DNA of 64,000 nt from NCBI GenBank assembly GCA_038207335.1, contig JBBQZX010000004.1, forward strand, positions 64,001-128,000. Direction: 5' to 3'. The notes beneath the pieces are model-generated. The model had not been told where the DNA came from. It was given only the letters and a program-made list of their open reading frames with translations, and ran no database searches. The stretch comes from Chthoniobacterales bacterium (GTDB lineage: Bacteria; Verrucomicrobiota; Verrucomicrobiia; Chthoniobacterales; Chthoniobacteraceae). The position numbers were made by a program, and so were the translations under genes. Positions 1-13,325 of this stretch are shown piece by piece (the stretch's first letter is position 1; each line of letters opens with the position of its first letter).

Positions 1-1601
1 GCGGGATCGAGAGCGAGGGCGGCGTCAAGTTTTTCGAGCGCGGAGTCGAAGTGCTGGAATCTCGCTTCGCTCTCCGCGAGCTGGCGCAGGGCGGGTGCGG
101 TCTTTTTCAAATCAGCAAGCGCCTGCGTGGCGCGGTGGCCTTGGATGACTGCGGTGCTGCCAAAGACGAGGCCGACGAGGAGGACGGCGGCGGCTCCGAT
201 GGAGGCGGCTTTATTGCGCTTGATGGCGAGGAGGGCGCGCTGGCTCCAGCCCGCTCTCTCGCCGCTGGTGGCGAAGCCGTTTTGATAGGCGGTGAGGTCG
301 GCTTGCAGGGCGGCGACGCTGGGGTAGCGGGCGGCGGGGTCGGGGGCCAAGGATTTTCGCACGATGGCGTCGAGGGAGGCGGGGACGACACCTCCGGGGA
401 GGTGTTTGGGGCGCTCGGCTTTGGGCTGCGCGGCGACGCGGGCGGCGGGCGGGGTGAAGTCGCCGTCGATGATGGCGTCGGTGAGCTGGGAGCTGGTCTT
501 GCCGGTGAAGGGACGGGCGAGGGTGAGGATTTCGTAGAGGATGATGCCGAGGGTGAAGAGGTCGCTGCGGGCGTCGAGGGTCTCGATCTCGCCGCGCGCC
601 TGCTCGGGGCTCATGTAGGCGGCGGTGCCCATGACGGCGCCGGCGCGAGTGGAGAAGGCGTCGGTGCTTTCGTCCCGCCGCGCGCTGACGATGCTGACTT
701 CGGGGTCGAAGGCGTCGCCTGCGGGCTGGCTGCGGCCGGTGCCGATGATTTTGGCGAGGCCCCAGTCCATGACCATGACTTCGCCGAATTTGCCGAGCAT
801 GATATTCGCGGGCTTCAGGTCGCGGTGGAGGACGCCGCGGCTGTGGGCGAAGGCGAGGGCGTCGCCGATTTTCTGAAAAGCGGTGAGGAGGGTGCCGAGC
901 GGATATTTGGCGACGGTGGCGGGGAGGCCCTGGCCGAGGAGGTCGATCACTTTTTTCAAGGTGATGCCAGCGACGAGCTTCATCGTGTAGAAAGGCTGGC
1001 CGTGCTCGTCGAGGCCGAGGTCGTGGACGGGGACGATATTTGGGTGCTCGAGCTGGGCGGTGACCTGGGCCTCCTCGATGAAGCGCAGCGTGCTCTTGGT
1101 GTCGCTGGGGCCGAGCATGACCTTCATGGCGACAGTGCGGCGCGTGGCGCTTTCGCGGGCCTGCAGGACGGCACCCATGCCGCCGCGGGCGACTTCTTTT
1201 TCCACGGCGTAGAGCTGTGCCTCGCGCGGCCCGAGTGCGAGGTGGCCGCGGATGAGGTGGGTGCCGTCGATGGTGACGGTGACATTCTCGGCGGCGGCGG
1301 ATTCGGCAGCGCTGAGGTGCAGGGTGACGTCGCCGATGCGCAAGGTCTGTCCGGGTGCCCAAGGCGTGAGGACGGCAAGCGGCGTGTCGTCGAGAAGGGT
1401 GCCATTGGCGCTGGCGAGGTCTTCCACCTGCACGCCGCCGTCTGCGCCGACGAGGATGCGCGCATGCTGTCGCGAGACGGGGCCGACTTTGATGGAAATG
1501 CTGGAGGACGAGGCGCGACCGAGGGTGTATTCGCCAGGCCCGAGCGTGTGGCGCGAGAGCTCGGTGCCGGCGTGGAGGACGATGATTTCGGGCTGAGGCA
1601 T
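1..1601 (-). CDS. FHA domain + Hanks-type Ser/Thr protein kinase, membrane-linked (3' end runs off window)
   Basis: Manual translation from ATG at 1601 (not in the ORF track because it is open to the edge): FHA motifs (LGR, VSRQHA, SANGT), ARGGMG, VAMK, HPNIV, HRDLKPAN, DWGLAK, followed by a hydrophobic segment. Confidence 0.9.
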   Translation of the reverse strand, partial: MPQPEIIVLHAGTELSRHTLGPGEYTLGRASSSSISIKVGPVSRQHARILVGADGGVQVEDLASANGTLLDDTPLAVLTPWAPGQTLRIGDVTLHLSAAESAAAENVTVTIDGTHLIRGHLALGPREAQLYAVEKEVARGGMGAVLQARESATRRTVAMKVMLGPSDTKSTLRFIEEAQVTAQLEHPNIVPVHDLGLDEHGQPFYTMKLVAGITLKKVIDLLGQGLPATVAKYPLGTLLTAFQKIGDALAFAHSRGVLHRDLKPANIMLGKFGEVMVMDWGLAKIIGTGRSQPAGDAFDPEVSIVSARRDESTDAFSTRAGAVMGTAAYMSPEQARGEIETLDARSDLFTLGIILYEILTLARPFTGKTSSQLTDAIIDGDFTPPAARVAAQPKAERPKHLPGGVVPASLDAIVRKSLAPDPAARYPSVAALQADLTAYQNGFATSGERAGWSQRALLAIKRNKAASIGAAAVLLVGLVFGSTAVIQGHRATQALADLKKTAPALRQLAESEARFQHFDSALEKLDAALALDP

Positions 1602-1663
1602 GGCGGGAAGGTTCAAAAATACTGCCCAGGAAGTCCGGCGTCCCGCCTGAACGGTCCGGGCGG

Positions 1664-3999
1664 CTATTTTCGTGCGTCGCGTTGCTTCCAGAAATCCGCG
1701 ACCGGCAGCGTCTGGCGCCCGCGCTGCGATGTGCCGAAAGTGAAGCTCTGGAGGCTTGGATGTTTTCGCAGCGCGTCGATGTTGCGGTATTCAGGCGGAA
1801 GGACGACCTCCTCGATGTTTGGGCAATCGAGGAGCGGGGCGAGGTCGGGATTGATCGTCCCGTCGAGGATGGCACGTTTGAAGGGCATTCCGCGCAGCGG
1901 CTCGAGGTCCGCGACTTTCGTGCCGATCGGCGCCGGGGTGTTGAGATCGCGCACGCCGAGCCCGAGCCACCCGAGCTTCATCCCAGCAATCGACGAGAGG
2001 TCGCTGACGGGGCAGCCATTGACGTTGAGATCGGTCAGCGCCATGCCGCGCAGCGGGGAGAGATCGGTGATGTCGGTGCGCGTAAGCGATAGCCGTCGCA
2101 GTGGCATCCCACGCAGCGGGGCGAGGTCGCGAATCTTCGTGTCGTCGAGGAGCAGGATGGAAATCGGCAGGCCGGAGAGCGAGGTAAGATCGCTGATCGG
2201 CTGGCCTTTGAGATCGACGGAGAAAGTTCCGTCTTCGAGATCGGCGACGTTGATCTTGAAACCTCCCGCCCGCCCCGTTTCCTCGATCTTTTGCCTGAGG
2301 CTTGCCAAGACCGCGCGCTGCTGAACTCCGGCCGCTGAATTCCATTCCGTCCAGAATTCTGCGACGGTCTGTGCAGGGCCCTCGCGGCTGTTGTCCCAGC
2401 GAAAGGAAAGTTCCTTGAGCGCCGCGTGTTTTTGCAGAAGCGGGATGTTCGTTGCGCGGGTCGGAACGGTGGCGCGCTCGAGTTCGAGACATTCCATTAG
2501 CGGCGCGATGTCCAACACGTCGAGATTGTCGGCGGAGAGAAAACGCAGCGGCATGCCGCGCAGTGGCGCGAGATCACGGACATGCGAGCGCCCGAGATCC
2601 AGATGAACGAGCGGAAGTCCGCTCAAGGGACGAAGATCTTCGACCTGCGTGCCGGAGATGGCGAGCAAGGCGAGTTCGCTGCACTCGGCCAGCGGCGCGA
2701 CGTCGCGGATAGCTGTCCAACGTAAACTGAGCCGGGTGAGGGGCATCCTGCGCAGCGGCTCGAGGTCGGCGACTTTGGTCGACTCGAGATTGAGATCGCG
2801 CAGCGGCATCCCGCGGAGCGGCGTCAAGTCGGCGACTGGAAGGTGCTGCAGGTCGAGATCCTCGAGCGGCATGCCTGCGAGTAAGCTGAGATCGAAGGAC
2901 GCGTTGCTCCCCGCGACCGAAAGTTTTTTCAGCGCGAAGTTTTTCAGAATGCTGAAATCTCGCGCGCGGACGTTGCGCAGCGAGAGATCCTCGAGCGGCA
3001 GGCCGGCGAGCGGCGCGAGGTCGGTGACGGGCGTGTCGTCGAGGATCAGCGAGCGGAGCGGGAGGCCGGCGAGCGGGCGCAGATCGGCGATTTTCGTTCT
3101 GGAAAGGTTCAGCGACTTTACAGGAAGACCCGCGAGCGGCGGCAGCACCGTGAGGTTGCTCTCGCTGAAATCGAGAGAGAGGCCTCCATCCGCATCGGCT
3201 TTCGCGTGGTCGATCTGGAAGCGGGTGAGACCGGCGCGCTTGAGCTGCGCGCGCCACGAGGTAGATGCATCGTCGGCCAGCGCCTCCGCGGAGCGCGTGT
3301 ATTTCCCCACGCCGGCGATGAAGCTCATTTTCGGCGGCCCACGGAAGCCGGTCTGACGAACGTGGATCGCCTTCGCGAGCGGCAGGCGCGTGCCGGGAAA
3401 AAATTCGCGGTCGTCATAATCCAGCGCGAACCCGATCTCGTTTGCGCCGCCGAACCAGCCGCGCATCTCCAAGATCGTCGAGCGCCGCCGGTCGATGGTG
3501 AACCGGCAACTGCGCAGGTTTTTCGACATGAAGCGCTCGCCGATTTCGTCGAACTCGACCACCGCGATGTCGTCGTCCCATTGCAGGACGTCAGCGCTCG
3601 CGCTCGGATCGATCGACTTGATGAACGCGCCGAAAAGCGTCCAGCCGACTTCGCGAAAAGCCGTCACCGCGTCGATGCTTTCGGCTTCCTTTTTCGCGCG
3701 CTCTTCGGCCTTGCTGCGCAGGATGTCGGGCAGGTCGGGAAAGGAAAAGAGCAGCGTGTTCACCAGCCCGCTGCGCTGTATATGTATTTCCGGCGGTCCG
3801 AGGAGGCCACCGGTCTTTGCCTGGATGAGGCTCTCGACTTCCGGCACCCGGATCGGCACGTCGTAATCGACCGCATCGAGCGATTCGTAAAGCGCCGAAG
3901 CCGCGCGGATCAACTCCCAGACTTCCTCTCGCGTCGGTTCGCTCTCCGCGCGGGCGGAGAGCGCGGACAGCGCCAGGAGCAGGCTGGCAAGGCGCGCCT

Positions 4000-4003
<4 letters not shown>
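1664..4003 (-). CDS. Secreted leucine-rich-repeat protein (two blocks of 21-aa LRRs)
   Basis: GTG at 4003 overlaps the kinase stop (GTGA); signal peptide MKARLASLLLALSALSARA; repeats such as DLRPLAGLPLRSLILDDTPVT. The ORF-track start at 5161 is over-extended. Confidence 0.85.
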
Positions 4004-6681
<2,678 letters not shown>

Positions 6682-6834
6682 TGCGGCGCAGACGCTAGGC
6701 CAACCCCCGATGCGTTGTCGAGTGGACGCCGGGCTTTTGCCGCTCGTCATTCATACGCGGTTTTCGCCGTAGCAGCAGTGCCCGGCTTTCCGCATCCTTT
6801 ACTCACTCCCCTGCCCTTCGTTACCCATCTCTAA

Positions 6835-7710
6835 ATGCGTCTCCCTATCATCTTCCTCGCCCTCACCGCCACAGCCGCTTTTGCCGCCGAGGAGTATCCA
6901 CTCGGCCCCGACTCCCAACCGCAGTCCGGCGTGCCGCACGGGGTGCTGAAACAGATGCCGCCCTTCACCGAAAGCAGCGTCTTCCCCGGCACCACTCACG
7001 ACTGGCAGCTCTACATCCCCGCGCAGTACGACGCCGGAAAGCCCGCGTGCGTCACCATCTTTTTCGACGGCGGCGGCTACGCGAAACCGGACGGCGCGAT
7101 CCGCGTCCCCGTGGTCTTCGACAACCTCATCGCAAAAAAAGAAATGCCCGTGACCATCGCGATTTTCATCAATCCCGGCGTCGTGAAAGCCGTCGAGCGC
7201 GAGGAGAAAGATCGCAGCAATCGGAGCTTTGAATACGACAGCCTCGGCGATGCGAACGCGCGCTTCGTGCTCGATGAAATCATCCCGCTCGTGGCGAAAG
7301 ACTACAACCTCACGAAGAACCCGGACGGATGGAGCACCGCCGGGCTCAGCAGCGGCGGCATCGCGGCGTTCACCGTCGCGTGGGAGCGACCCGAGCAGGT
7401 GCATAAAGTGATTAGTTGGATCGGCAGCTTCACGAATATCCGGGGCGGATACGTCTATCCCGCCGCGATCCGCCAGACCAAAGACAAGCCCAAGCCGATC
7501 CGCGTTTTCCTCCAGGACGGCTCGACCGACCTCGACAATCTCCACGGCAACTGGCCGCTCTCGAATCAAGACATGGCCGCCGCGCTGAAATTCGCGGGCT
7601 ACGATTACGACTTCAAATTTGGCGACGGCGGACACTCGCCAAAACAAGGCGCATCCTTGCTGCCCGACACATTGCGGTGGATGTGGCGGGATTGGCCGAA
7701 GGGTGAGTGA
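6835..7710 (+). CDS. Exported alpha/beta hydrolase (enterochelin-esterase-like)
   Basis: Signal peptide; nucleophile elbow GLSSGG; DGGGY; C-terminal GGH. Confidence 0.8.
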   Translation: MRLPIIFLALTATAAFAAEEYPLGPDSQPQSGVPHGVLKQMPPFTESSVFPGTTHDWQLYIPAQYDAGKPACVTIFFDGGGYAKPDGAIRVPVVFDNLIAKKEMPVTIAIFINPGVVKAVEREEKDRSNRSFEYDSLGDANARFVLDEIIPLVAKDYNLTKNPDGWSTAGLSSGGIAAFTVAWERPEQVHKVISWIGSFTNIRGGYVYPAAIRQTKDKPKPIRVFLQDGSTDLDNLHGNWPLSNQDMAAALKFAGYDYDFKFGDGGHSPKQGASLLPDTLRWMWRDWPKGE

Positions 7711-7713
7711 ACG

Positions 7714-9246
7714 TCACTTTTTCGCCTCGCGCTCGATCGCGATCAGTCTGCTCATCGTCCCGACGTACACCACCCCATTCGCCACCGTCGCCGTCGCGCT
7801 GATCGGCTCCTTCAGCTCGATCGTGCTCAGCACGCGCTTCTCCTTGCTCGCCGCGAGGATCCAGAAATCCCCCTTCCGCGTGCCGACGAAAACCTTCCCA
7901 TCCGCGACCAGCGGCGACGCCCAAAACTCCCCCTTCATCTCCTGCGTCCAATACTCCGCGCCCGTCTCCGCATCGAGGCAGTGCAGCTTGCGCGCCGTGT
8001 CCGTGACGAAGACCAGCCCCTCCGAAACCGCAGGCGTGGACATCGTATGTTTCTCCAGCGGGCGCGACCACAGCTCGCTCGCCGAGTCCGCCGGTTTCGT
8101 GATGTCCACGCACTTCAGCCACGCCTCGTTTTTGCCCCACCACAGATCGCCCCCTCCCGCGACATACATCCGGTCGCCGAGCAGCACCGGCATTCCGTAG
8201 ATGTTGCTCGGCCCCTGCTGCCGGTTCTGCGTGAAGCGATGCACGTCCTCCTTCGGCGCGGTCGGGTCGATGTCGTACTGCCAGACTTTCTTGAGCTTCA
8301 GCACCTCGCCGGGCGGCGGCGCTTTCGTCAGCGGCTCAAATGCGCGCACCACGCCGTCGCCACCCGCAAAGTAAATCAGCTCGCGCCCATTCACCTTTCC
8401 GATCGCCGGAGAGGACCACGTCGCGTGGAAAATATTCGGCGCGATGTGCTCCTCGTCGCGCGCCACGAAGCGCCCCGTCGCCTTCTCGATCACGATGAGA
8501 CTCGGCGCATCCGGCGTGCGGATTTTGCGGTGCGAATCGTCCACGCCCGTGCCCGTGTTCACATAGAGAAAATCGCCGTGTACCAGCACCGAGCTGTGCG
8601 CGCCATCGTGCGGCCAGGTGCCCGCGCTCCGCGGCATGTCAAAGAGCCAGACGATGTCCGCATCCGTCGCCCCGGGTGCCGGCGCATCCGTCACAGCCAC
8701 CGGCTCGAAGCTCGGCGGCGGCGCGGCGTGCGGCGTGAGATGCGCGCCTTCATCCACAAAAGGCCCGTCGTTTCCATCCGCCATTCCCTTCACGTCGAGG
8801 CACACGACCTCGCCGCGATTATCCACCAGATACGCGCGCTCCCCCTCGACCGTCACCGGCGACGACATCCCCGTCTTCGGCCAGTCGAAATACTGATCCT
8901 CGTCCCGCTTCGGCACCACGAATTGCCACAGCAAATGCCCGTCCTTTTCATCGAGACAAAGCATCACCCCACGGTCACCCGTCTCCTTCAGATCGCGCGG
9001 TACCTCGTTATTCGTCCCGATAAAAACACGCCCGCCTGCCACGATCGGCGTCGAGTGCGACTGCGTCCCCAGCGGCGCGATCCACTTGATATTCCTCCCC
9101 GTCTCCGGGTCGAAAGAATCCGCCAGCCCCGTCTCCCCCGACACCATATTCCGCGACCACGCCGCGCCCCACTGCGGCTGATCCGCCGCGACCGCGAGCG
9201 CGGCTGAAGAAATCAAAACGAGCATGGGGAGAAAGCGGTGATTCAT
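7714..9246 (-). CDS. Exported PQQ-binding-like (BamB-type) beta-propeller protein
   Basis: Signal peptide from ATG 9246; repeated STP/SSP-x-V-x-x-G-x-V and CLD-x-x-TG-x-x-x-W propeller blades. Confidence 0.8.
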   Translation of the reverse strand: MNHRFLPMLVLISSAALAVAADQPQWGAAWSRNMVSGETGLADSFDPETGRNIKWIAPLGTQSHSTPIVAGGRVFIGTNNEVPRDLKETGDRGVMLCLDEKDGHLLWQFVVPKRDEDQYFDWPKTGMSSPVTVEGERAYLVDNRGEVVCLDVKGMADGNDGPFVDEGAHLTPHAAPPPSFEPVAVTDAPAPGATDADIVWLFDMPRSAGTWPHDGAHSSVLVHGDFLYVNTGTGVDDSHRKIRTPDAPSLIVIEKATGRFVARDEEHIAPNIFHATWSSPAIGKVNGRELIYFAGGDGVVRAFEPLTKAPPPGEVLKLKKVWQYDIDPTAPKEDVHRFTQNRQQGPSNIYGMPVLLGDRMYVAGGGDLWWGKNEAWLKCVDITKPADSASELWSRPLEKHTMSTPAVSEGLVFVTDTARKLHCLDAETGAEYWTQEMKGEFWASPLVADGKVFVGTRKGDFWILAASKEKRVLSTIELKEPISATATVANGVVYVGTMSRLIAIEREAKK

Positions 9247-9334
9247 GATGCGAGAGATACCGGACAACCCGCGCGCGGCCAATTGGCATCTCGCTGCGCT
9301 TGCCCCTTCGCCACGCGAGTGCTCTCCTCGCGCC

Positions 9335-10159
9335 ATGAAACACCTCTTTGCCAGCATCACCGCTGCAGCGCTCCTCAGCTCCCATCTCCTCGCCGCCGAC
9401 GCGTCGCCTGTGACGGGCGAACTCGAAAAGATCGTCCACGCGGTCCAGGCCAAAGCTCAGGCGGGCAAAAACGCCGAGGCCGATTACGCGGACGAGATCA
9501 AGCAATTCGACGCGCTGCTGGAGAAACACAAAGCCGAGAAGACCGACGCCACGGCCGAGATCCTCATGGCCGAGGCCGGCATGTATGCGCAGCTTTTCGA
9601 GGATCCTGAAAAAGCGAGTGCGCTTCTCCAGAAGCTCAAAAGCGACTATCCCGACACCACTCCCGGCAAGCGCGCCGACAGCCTCATCACCATGCTCGCG
9701 CAGCAGGCAGAGGCCACGAAAGTCCAGCGCGGACTCATGCCCGGCAAACCGTTCCCGGACTTCTCCGAGACCTCGCTCGACGGCAAGCCGCTCTCGCTCG
9801 CGTCCTACAAAGGCAAGGTCGTTCTCGTCGATTTCTGGGCGACATGGTGCGGCCCGTGCGTGGCCGAACTGCCCAATGTCCTCAAGGCCTACGAGAAATA
9901 TCACGACAAAGGATTCGAGATCGTCGGCATCAGCCTCGATCAGGAAAAAGACGCGCTGACCAAATTCACTGCCGACAAGAAAATGCCATGGCCGCAGTAT
10001 TTCGACGGGCAGGGCTGGAAGAACAAACTGGCTGGAAAATACGGGGTGAACAGCATTCCCGCGACCTACCTCCTCAATAAGGACGGCGTCATCATCGGGA
10101 AAAATTTCCGCGGTCCGGCGCTCGATGAGGCTCTCGAGAAGGCACTCGGCACGAAGTAG
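9335..10159 (+). CDS. Exported TlpA/ResA-type thiol:disulfide oxidoreductase
   Basis: Signal peptide; KGKVVLVDFWATWCGPC; YGVNSIPATYL. Confidence 0.9.
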   Translation: MKHLFASITAAALLSSHLLAADASPVTGELEKIVHAVQAKAQAGKNAEADYADEIKQFDALLEKHKAEKTDATAEILMAEAGMYAQLFEDPEKASALLQKLKSDYPDTTPGKRADSLITMLAQQAEATKVQRGLMPGKPFPDFSETSLDGKPLSLASYKGKVVLVDFWATWCGPCVAELPNVLKAYEKYHDKGFEIVGISLDQEKDALTKFTADKKMPWPQYFDGQGWKNKLAGKYGVNSIPATYLLNKDGVIIGKNFRGPALDEALEKALGTK

Positions 10160-10199
10160 AGCGTGCTATCGGAGCGCGCTCGGATAGGCTCCGCCGTTC

Positions 10200-11504
10200 A
10201 TGCCATTTCGCACGCTGGGCCTCGGGCCCAATTTAATCAAAGCCGTCCAGGAATCCGGCTACACCGAACCGACGCCGATCCAGACCGAGGCCATTCCGCT
10301 CATCCTGCAGAATCACGACCTCATCGGAATCGCGCAGACCGGCACCGGAAAAACAGCGGCATTCGTGCTGCCGATCCTGACGAAAATCGGCGAGATGATC
10401 GCCACGCCCGGCAACCGTCGCTGCATCCGTGCGCTCGTCGTTGCGCCCACGCGCGAGCTCGTCGTGCAGATCGAGGAAAATGTGCGCGCCTACGCGAAAC
10501 ATGTACCGATCAAAGTCGCGACGGTTTTCGGCGGCGTCGGCGAACGGCCACAGATCGAGGCGCTACGCGCTGGCGTGGATATCGTAGTCGCCACGCCGGG
10601 CCGGCTGATCGATTTGATCCGTCATGCGCGCTTCGACGGGCTCGCATTTCTCGTCCTCGATGAAGCGGACCGGATGCTCGACATGGGCTTCCTCCCGCCG
10701 ATTCGTCAGATCGTGAAGGCGCTGCCCGTGAAGCGCCAGACGCTGCTCTTCTCCGCAACGCTCTCGAAAGAGATCGAAGGCCTCACGCACGAATTTTTGC
10801 GTTCGCCGAAAAAGGTGGAAATCGGCCGCCGCTCGAATCCCGCGGAGACCGTCGCGCAATTCGTGTACGAGGTGCCGAAGCACCTGAAGCCCGCGCTGCT
10901 CGCGCATCTGCTGCGCGATCCGAGCCTAGATACCGTCCTCGTTTTCACCCGTACGAAACACGGCGCCGACCGAGTCGCGCGAAAGCTCGAAAGCTGCAAA
11001 ATCACCACCGCCACGCTCCACTCGAATCGCTCGCAAAACCAGCGTCTGCGGGCATTGCGCGACTTCAAGTCTGGCGCGGTGCGCGTGCTCGTCGCAACCG
11101 ACATCGCCGCGCGCGGCATCGACGTGGACGGCATTTCTCACGTCGTAAATTACGACTTCCCCATGCACTGCGAAGACTACGTGCATCGCATCGGCCGCAC
11201 GGGCCGTGCGAAAGCCGTGGGCGACGCGATCAGCTTCGTGACTAGTGAAGATCACGCCTCGCTGCGCACGCTCGAGCGATTCATCGGTCGAGGCATCGTT
11301 CGAAAACGCGCGGATGATTTCGACTACGCGAGCGCCGCTCCGCCGATGGAGCCGCAAGGCGAACGCCGCCACATCCCAGGCCGGACCGGCGCAAACGACC
11401 GCAACCGCCCGCCGCGCGGAGGCGCGCCCCGCCCTGGTGGCGACCGGCGCGGTGGAGGGTCGGTCGGCCGAGGTGGCCGCAGCGGCGGCAGTGGTCGCCA
11501 CTGA
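10200..11504 (+). CDS. DEAD-box RNA helicase (RhlE-like)
   Basis: Q motif PTPIQ, AQTGTGKT, PTREL, TPGRL, DEAD, SAT, ARGID, HRIGRTGR, RGG-rich tail. Confidence 0.95.
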   Translation: MPFRTLGLGPNLIKAVQESGYTEPTPIQTEAIPLILQNHDLIGIAQTGTGKTAAFVLPILTKIGEMIATPGNRRCIRALVVAPTRELVVQIEENVRAYAKHVPIKVATVFGGVGERPQIEALRAGVDIVVATPGRLIDLIRHARFDGLAFLVLDEADRMLDMGFLPPIRQIVKALPVKRQTLLFSATLSKEIEGLTHEFLRSPKKVEIGRRSNPAETVAQFVYEVPKHLKPALLAHLLRDPSLDTVLVFTRTKHGADRVARKLESCKITTATLHSNRSQNQRLRALRDFKSGAVRVLVATDIAARGIDVDGISHVVNYDFPMHCEDYVHRIGRTGRAKAVGDAISFVTSEDHASLRTLERFIGRGIVRKRADDFDYASAAPPMEPQGERRHIPGRTGANDRNRPPRGGAPRPGGDRRGGGSVGRGGRSGGSGRH

Positions 11505-11537
11505 TAGGCAGGAGAAGCCGCGGACGAGGAGCATTCT

Positions 11538-11636
11538 CTCGGTTGGAGAACTCCAACCGAGCGCCGTTTACGTGTCCGCCACACGTCAAACTTTGTGAGT
11601 CCCGGCGGTGTTTGGCCCATTCGGCCAGTGGCCGAA
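11538..11636. repeat. Cluster of perfect inverted repeats between convergent genes (terminator/REP-like)
   Basis: CTCGGTTGGAG-AA-CTCCAACCGAG (11538-11561), ACGTGT-CCGCC-ACACGT (11570-11586), TTCGGCCA-G-TGGCCGAA (11620-11636). Confidence 0.55.
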
Positions 11637-11687
11637 CGCGGTACTTCGGTCGAGTGCTTCACGCAAACGCCCCGTCCGCCTCTCGTG

Positions 11688-13313
11688 TTACTTCTTCGTC
11701 TCGACTAGCACTGTCGCCGCCGCGGGGGCGTGGAATGCGTGGCACGCCTGGCAGTCGCTCTTCACCCCGCCGGTGCGCCTTTGCGCAGCGGCGAGTTCGT
11801 GAGTCTCGGGTGCGAGCACGGCTTTCAGTTTCAGCGTGTCCACGGTCGCATCCACCTTCTCGTGCTCACGCGGGCGGTGGCACTCGGCGCAAATCTTCTG
11901 CGGCGGCATCAGGATGTCGCTCGTCAGTTTGCTCGTCTGCGCCGCGCCGTGGCAGTCGATGCAACTCATATGCTGGTGCGGTACATGCGTGAACGGCCCG
12001 TGCTGAATCCAGCGATCCGTCACTTTTACGGGCGCAATCGAAGGCGCGTTATTCGCGTTGCCGGGCCCGACGGTGTGACACTTCGCGCACTCCGTGAGAA
12101 ATTTTCGCGTTGCACGTTTCGTCAGCAGGTCGCCTTCATCGCCGCTCGGATCGCCGGTGAAAAACACGCGCTGCTCAAGATCATTGATCGTGTTCAAGCC
12201 CCGCTGTTGGAGCTTCTCCAATTCGCGCGTCGTCTGCCGGTCGAGGTCCACCGGATCGCTCACACCATCCGCGCGGAGCGCCTCGGCGAATGACAGCTTC
12301 AAGCTCGCGAGAAAGTACCGCACCTTCTGCGGATCACCGTGCGGAATCAGCACCTTCGGCAGACTAGGTTGAATCTGCAGCGTGTGGCACGGTTGGCAGC
12401 TTTGCTCGTAGGTGACCCGCTGATAAAACGTCCCACCCGCACCCGGCTTGTGACAGTCCGTGCAGGTCATTTTCCGCCCGTTGATCTTCGGCAAATCGCC
12501 TCGCTCGTGTCGCGCATGATTGAATTTCAGGGTGCCCGGATCGCGCAGATTGGGAGTCTCGTATTCAAATGGCGGATGCCCCTCGACATAGCTCGCGAAC
12601 GGCTTAAGCGCGGGCGTCGTCGGAGTGATGTAGTGCAGCAGCCCGTCCCCGAGATCGCGCGATTCGCCGACCGCGGCGATGGGCGGATTGTCCAACTTAA
12701 GCATCTGATGGGTACTCTCGAGCCGTTCGGCGTTGTTATGGCAGGCGGCACACGTCTGGCTCGAGGGGAGGGCCATGCGTTCGTGGCCGACATGCTCGCG
12801 GTGACAGAGCGCACAATTCGTCGCATGAACGACCGACAATTCGCTTCGCACTGTGCGCAGCGCCAACCCGGCGGACTGTGGTTGGTGCAGCCCCATCGCG
12901 CCGTGGCATTTCAGGCACGCCTGATCCATGAGCGAGAGCGACGTGAGCGCGAGCCCCTTTTCCACGATGCCCGCGTCGTTGCTTTTGGGCGTGAAGGCGA
13001 CTGGCTCTACCCCGCCTGCGTTCTCGCCGGATTTGTGCGATTTCAGCAGCGCGAGCACGTCGGGATCGGCACCGATGTGGCAGACGCGGCAGTCATTCGC
13101 GATGCGCGAGTGGTTCTCAGAGATTGGTCCGGTGGTGAGAAAATCCGACTTTCCCCAAAACCGAAAGCTAAGCACACCGACAATGCTAACCACCGCGACG
13201 ACGAGAAAGGCCCAGGCCCGTGCGTTCCGCAGGTAGTGCCCTTTTTTGAAGTAATCGAGATTCCCCTTATACTTCTCGGCGATCTGCTTTTGCGTGAATT
13301 TCTGGCCTGCCAT
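11688..13313 (-). CDS. Membrane-anchored decaheme c-type cytochrome (cytochrome c3-like family)
   Basis: N-terminal TM helix; ten CxxCH motifs: CRVCH, CLKCH, CALCH, CAACH, CTDCH, CQPCH, CAKCH, CIDCH, CAECH, CQACH. Confidence 0.9.
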   Translation of the reverse strand: MAGQKFTQKQIAEKYKGNLDYFKKGHYLRNARAWAFLVVAVVSIVGVLSFRFWGKSDFLTTGPISENHSRIANDCRVCHIGADPDVLALLKSHKSGENAGGVEPVAFTPKSNDAGIVEKGLALTSLSLMDQACLKCHGAMGLHQPQSAGLALRTVRSELSVVHATNCALCHREHVGHERMALPSSQTCAACHNNAERLESTHQMLKLDNPPIAAVGESRDLGDGLLHYITPTTPALKPFASYVEGHPPFEYETPNLRDPGTLKFNHARHERGDLPKINGRKMTCTDCHKPGAGGTFYQRVTYEQSCQPCHTLQIQPSLPKVLIPHGDPQKVRYFLASLKLSFAEALRADGVSDPVDLDRQTTRELEKLQQRGLNTINDLEQRVFFTGDPSGDEGDLLTKRATRKFLTECAKCHTVGPGNANNAPSIAPVKVTDRWIQHGPFTHVPHQHMSCIDCHGAAQTSKLTSDILMPPQKICAECHRPREHEKVDATVDTLKLKAVLAPETHELAAAQRRTGGVKSDCQACHAFHAPAAATVLVETKK

Positions 13314-13325
13314 GTCGCTTGAAAA

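Noticed and set aside
51..2324. 757-aa plus-strand ORF (similarly 5206-6834, 35451-36965, 50502-52670 and many others)
   Set aside because: Antisense or alternate-frame shadows of motif-bearing genes in high-GC DNA; no recognisable motifs
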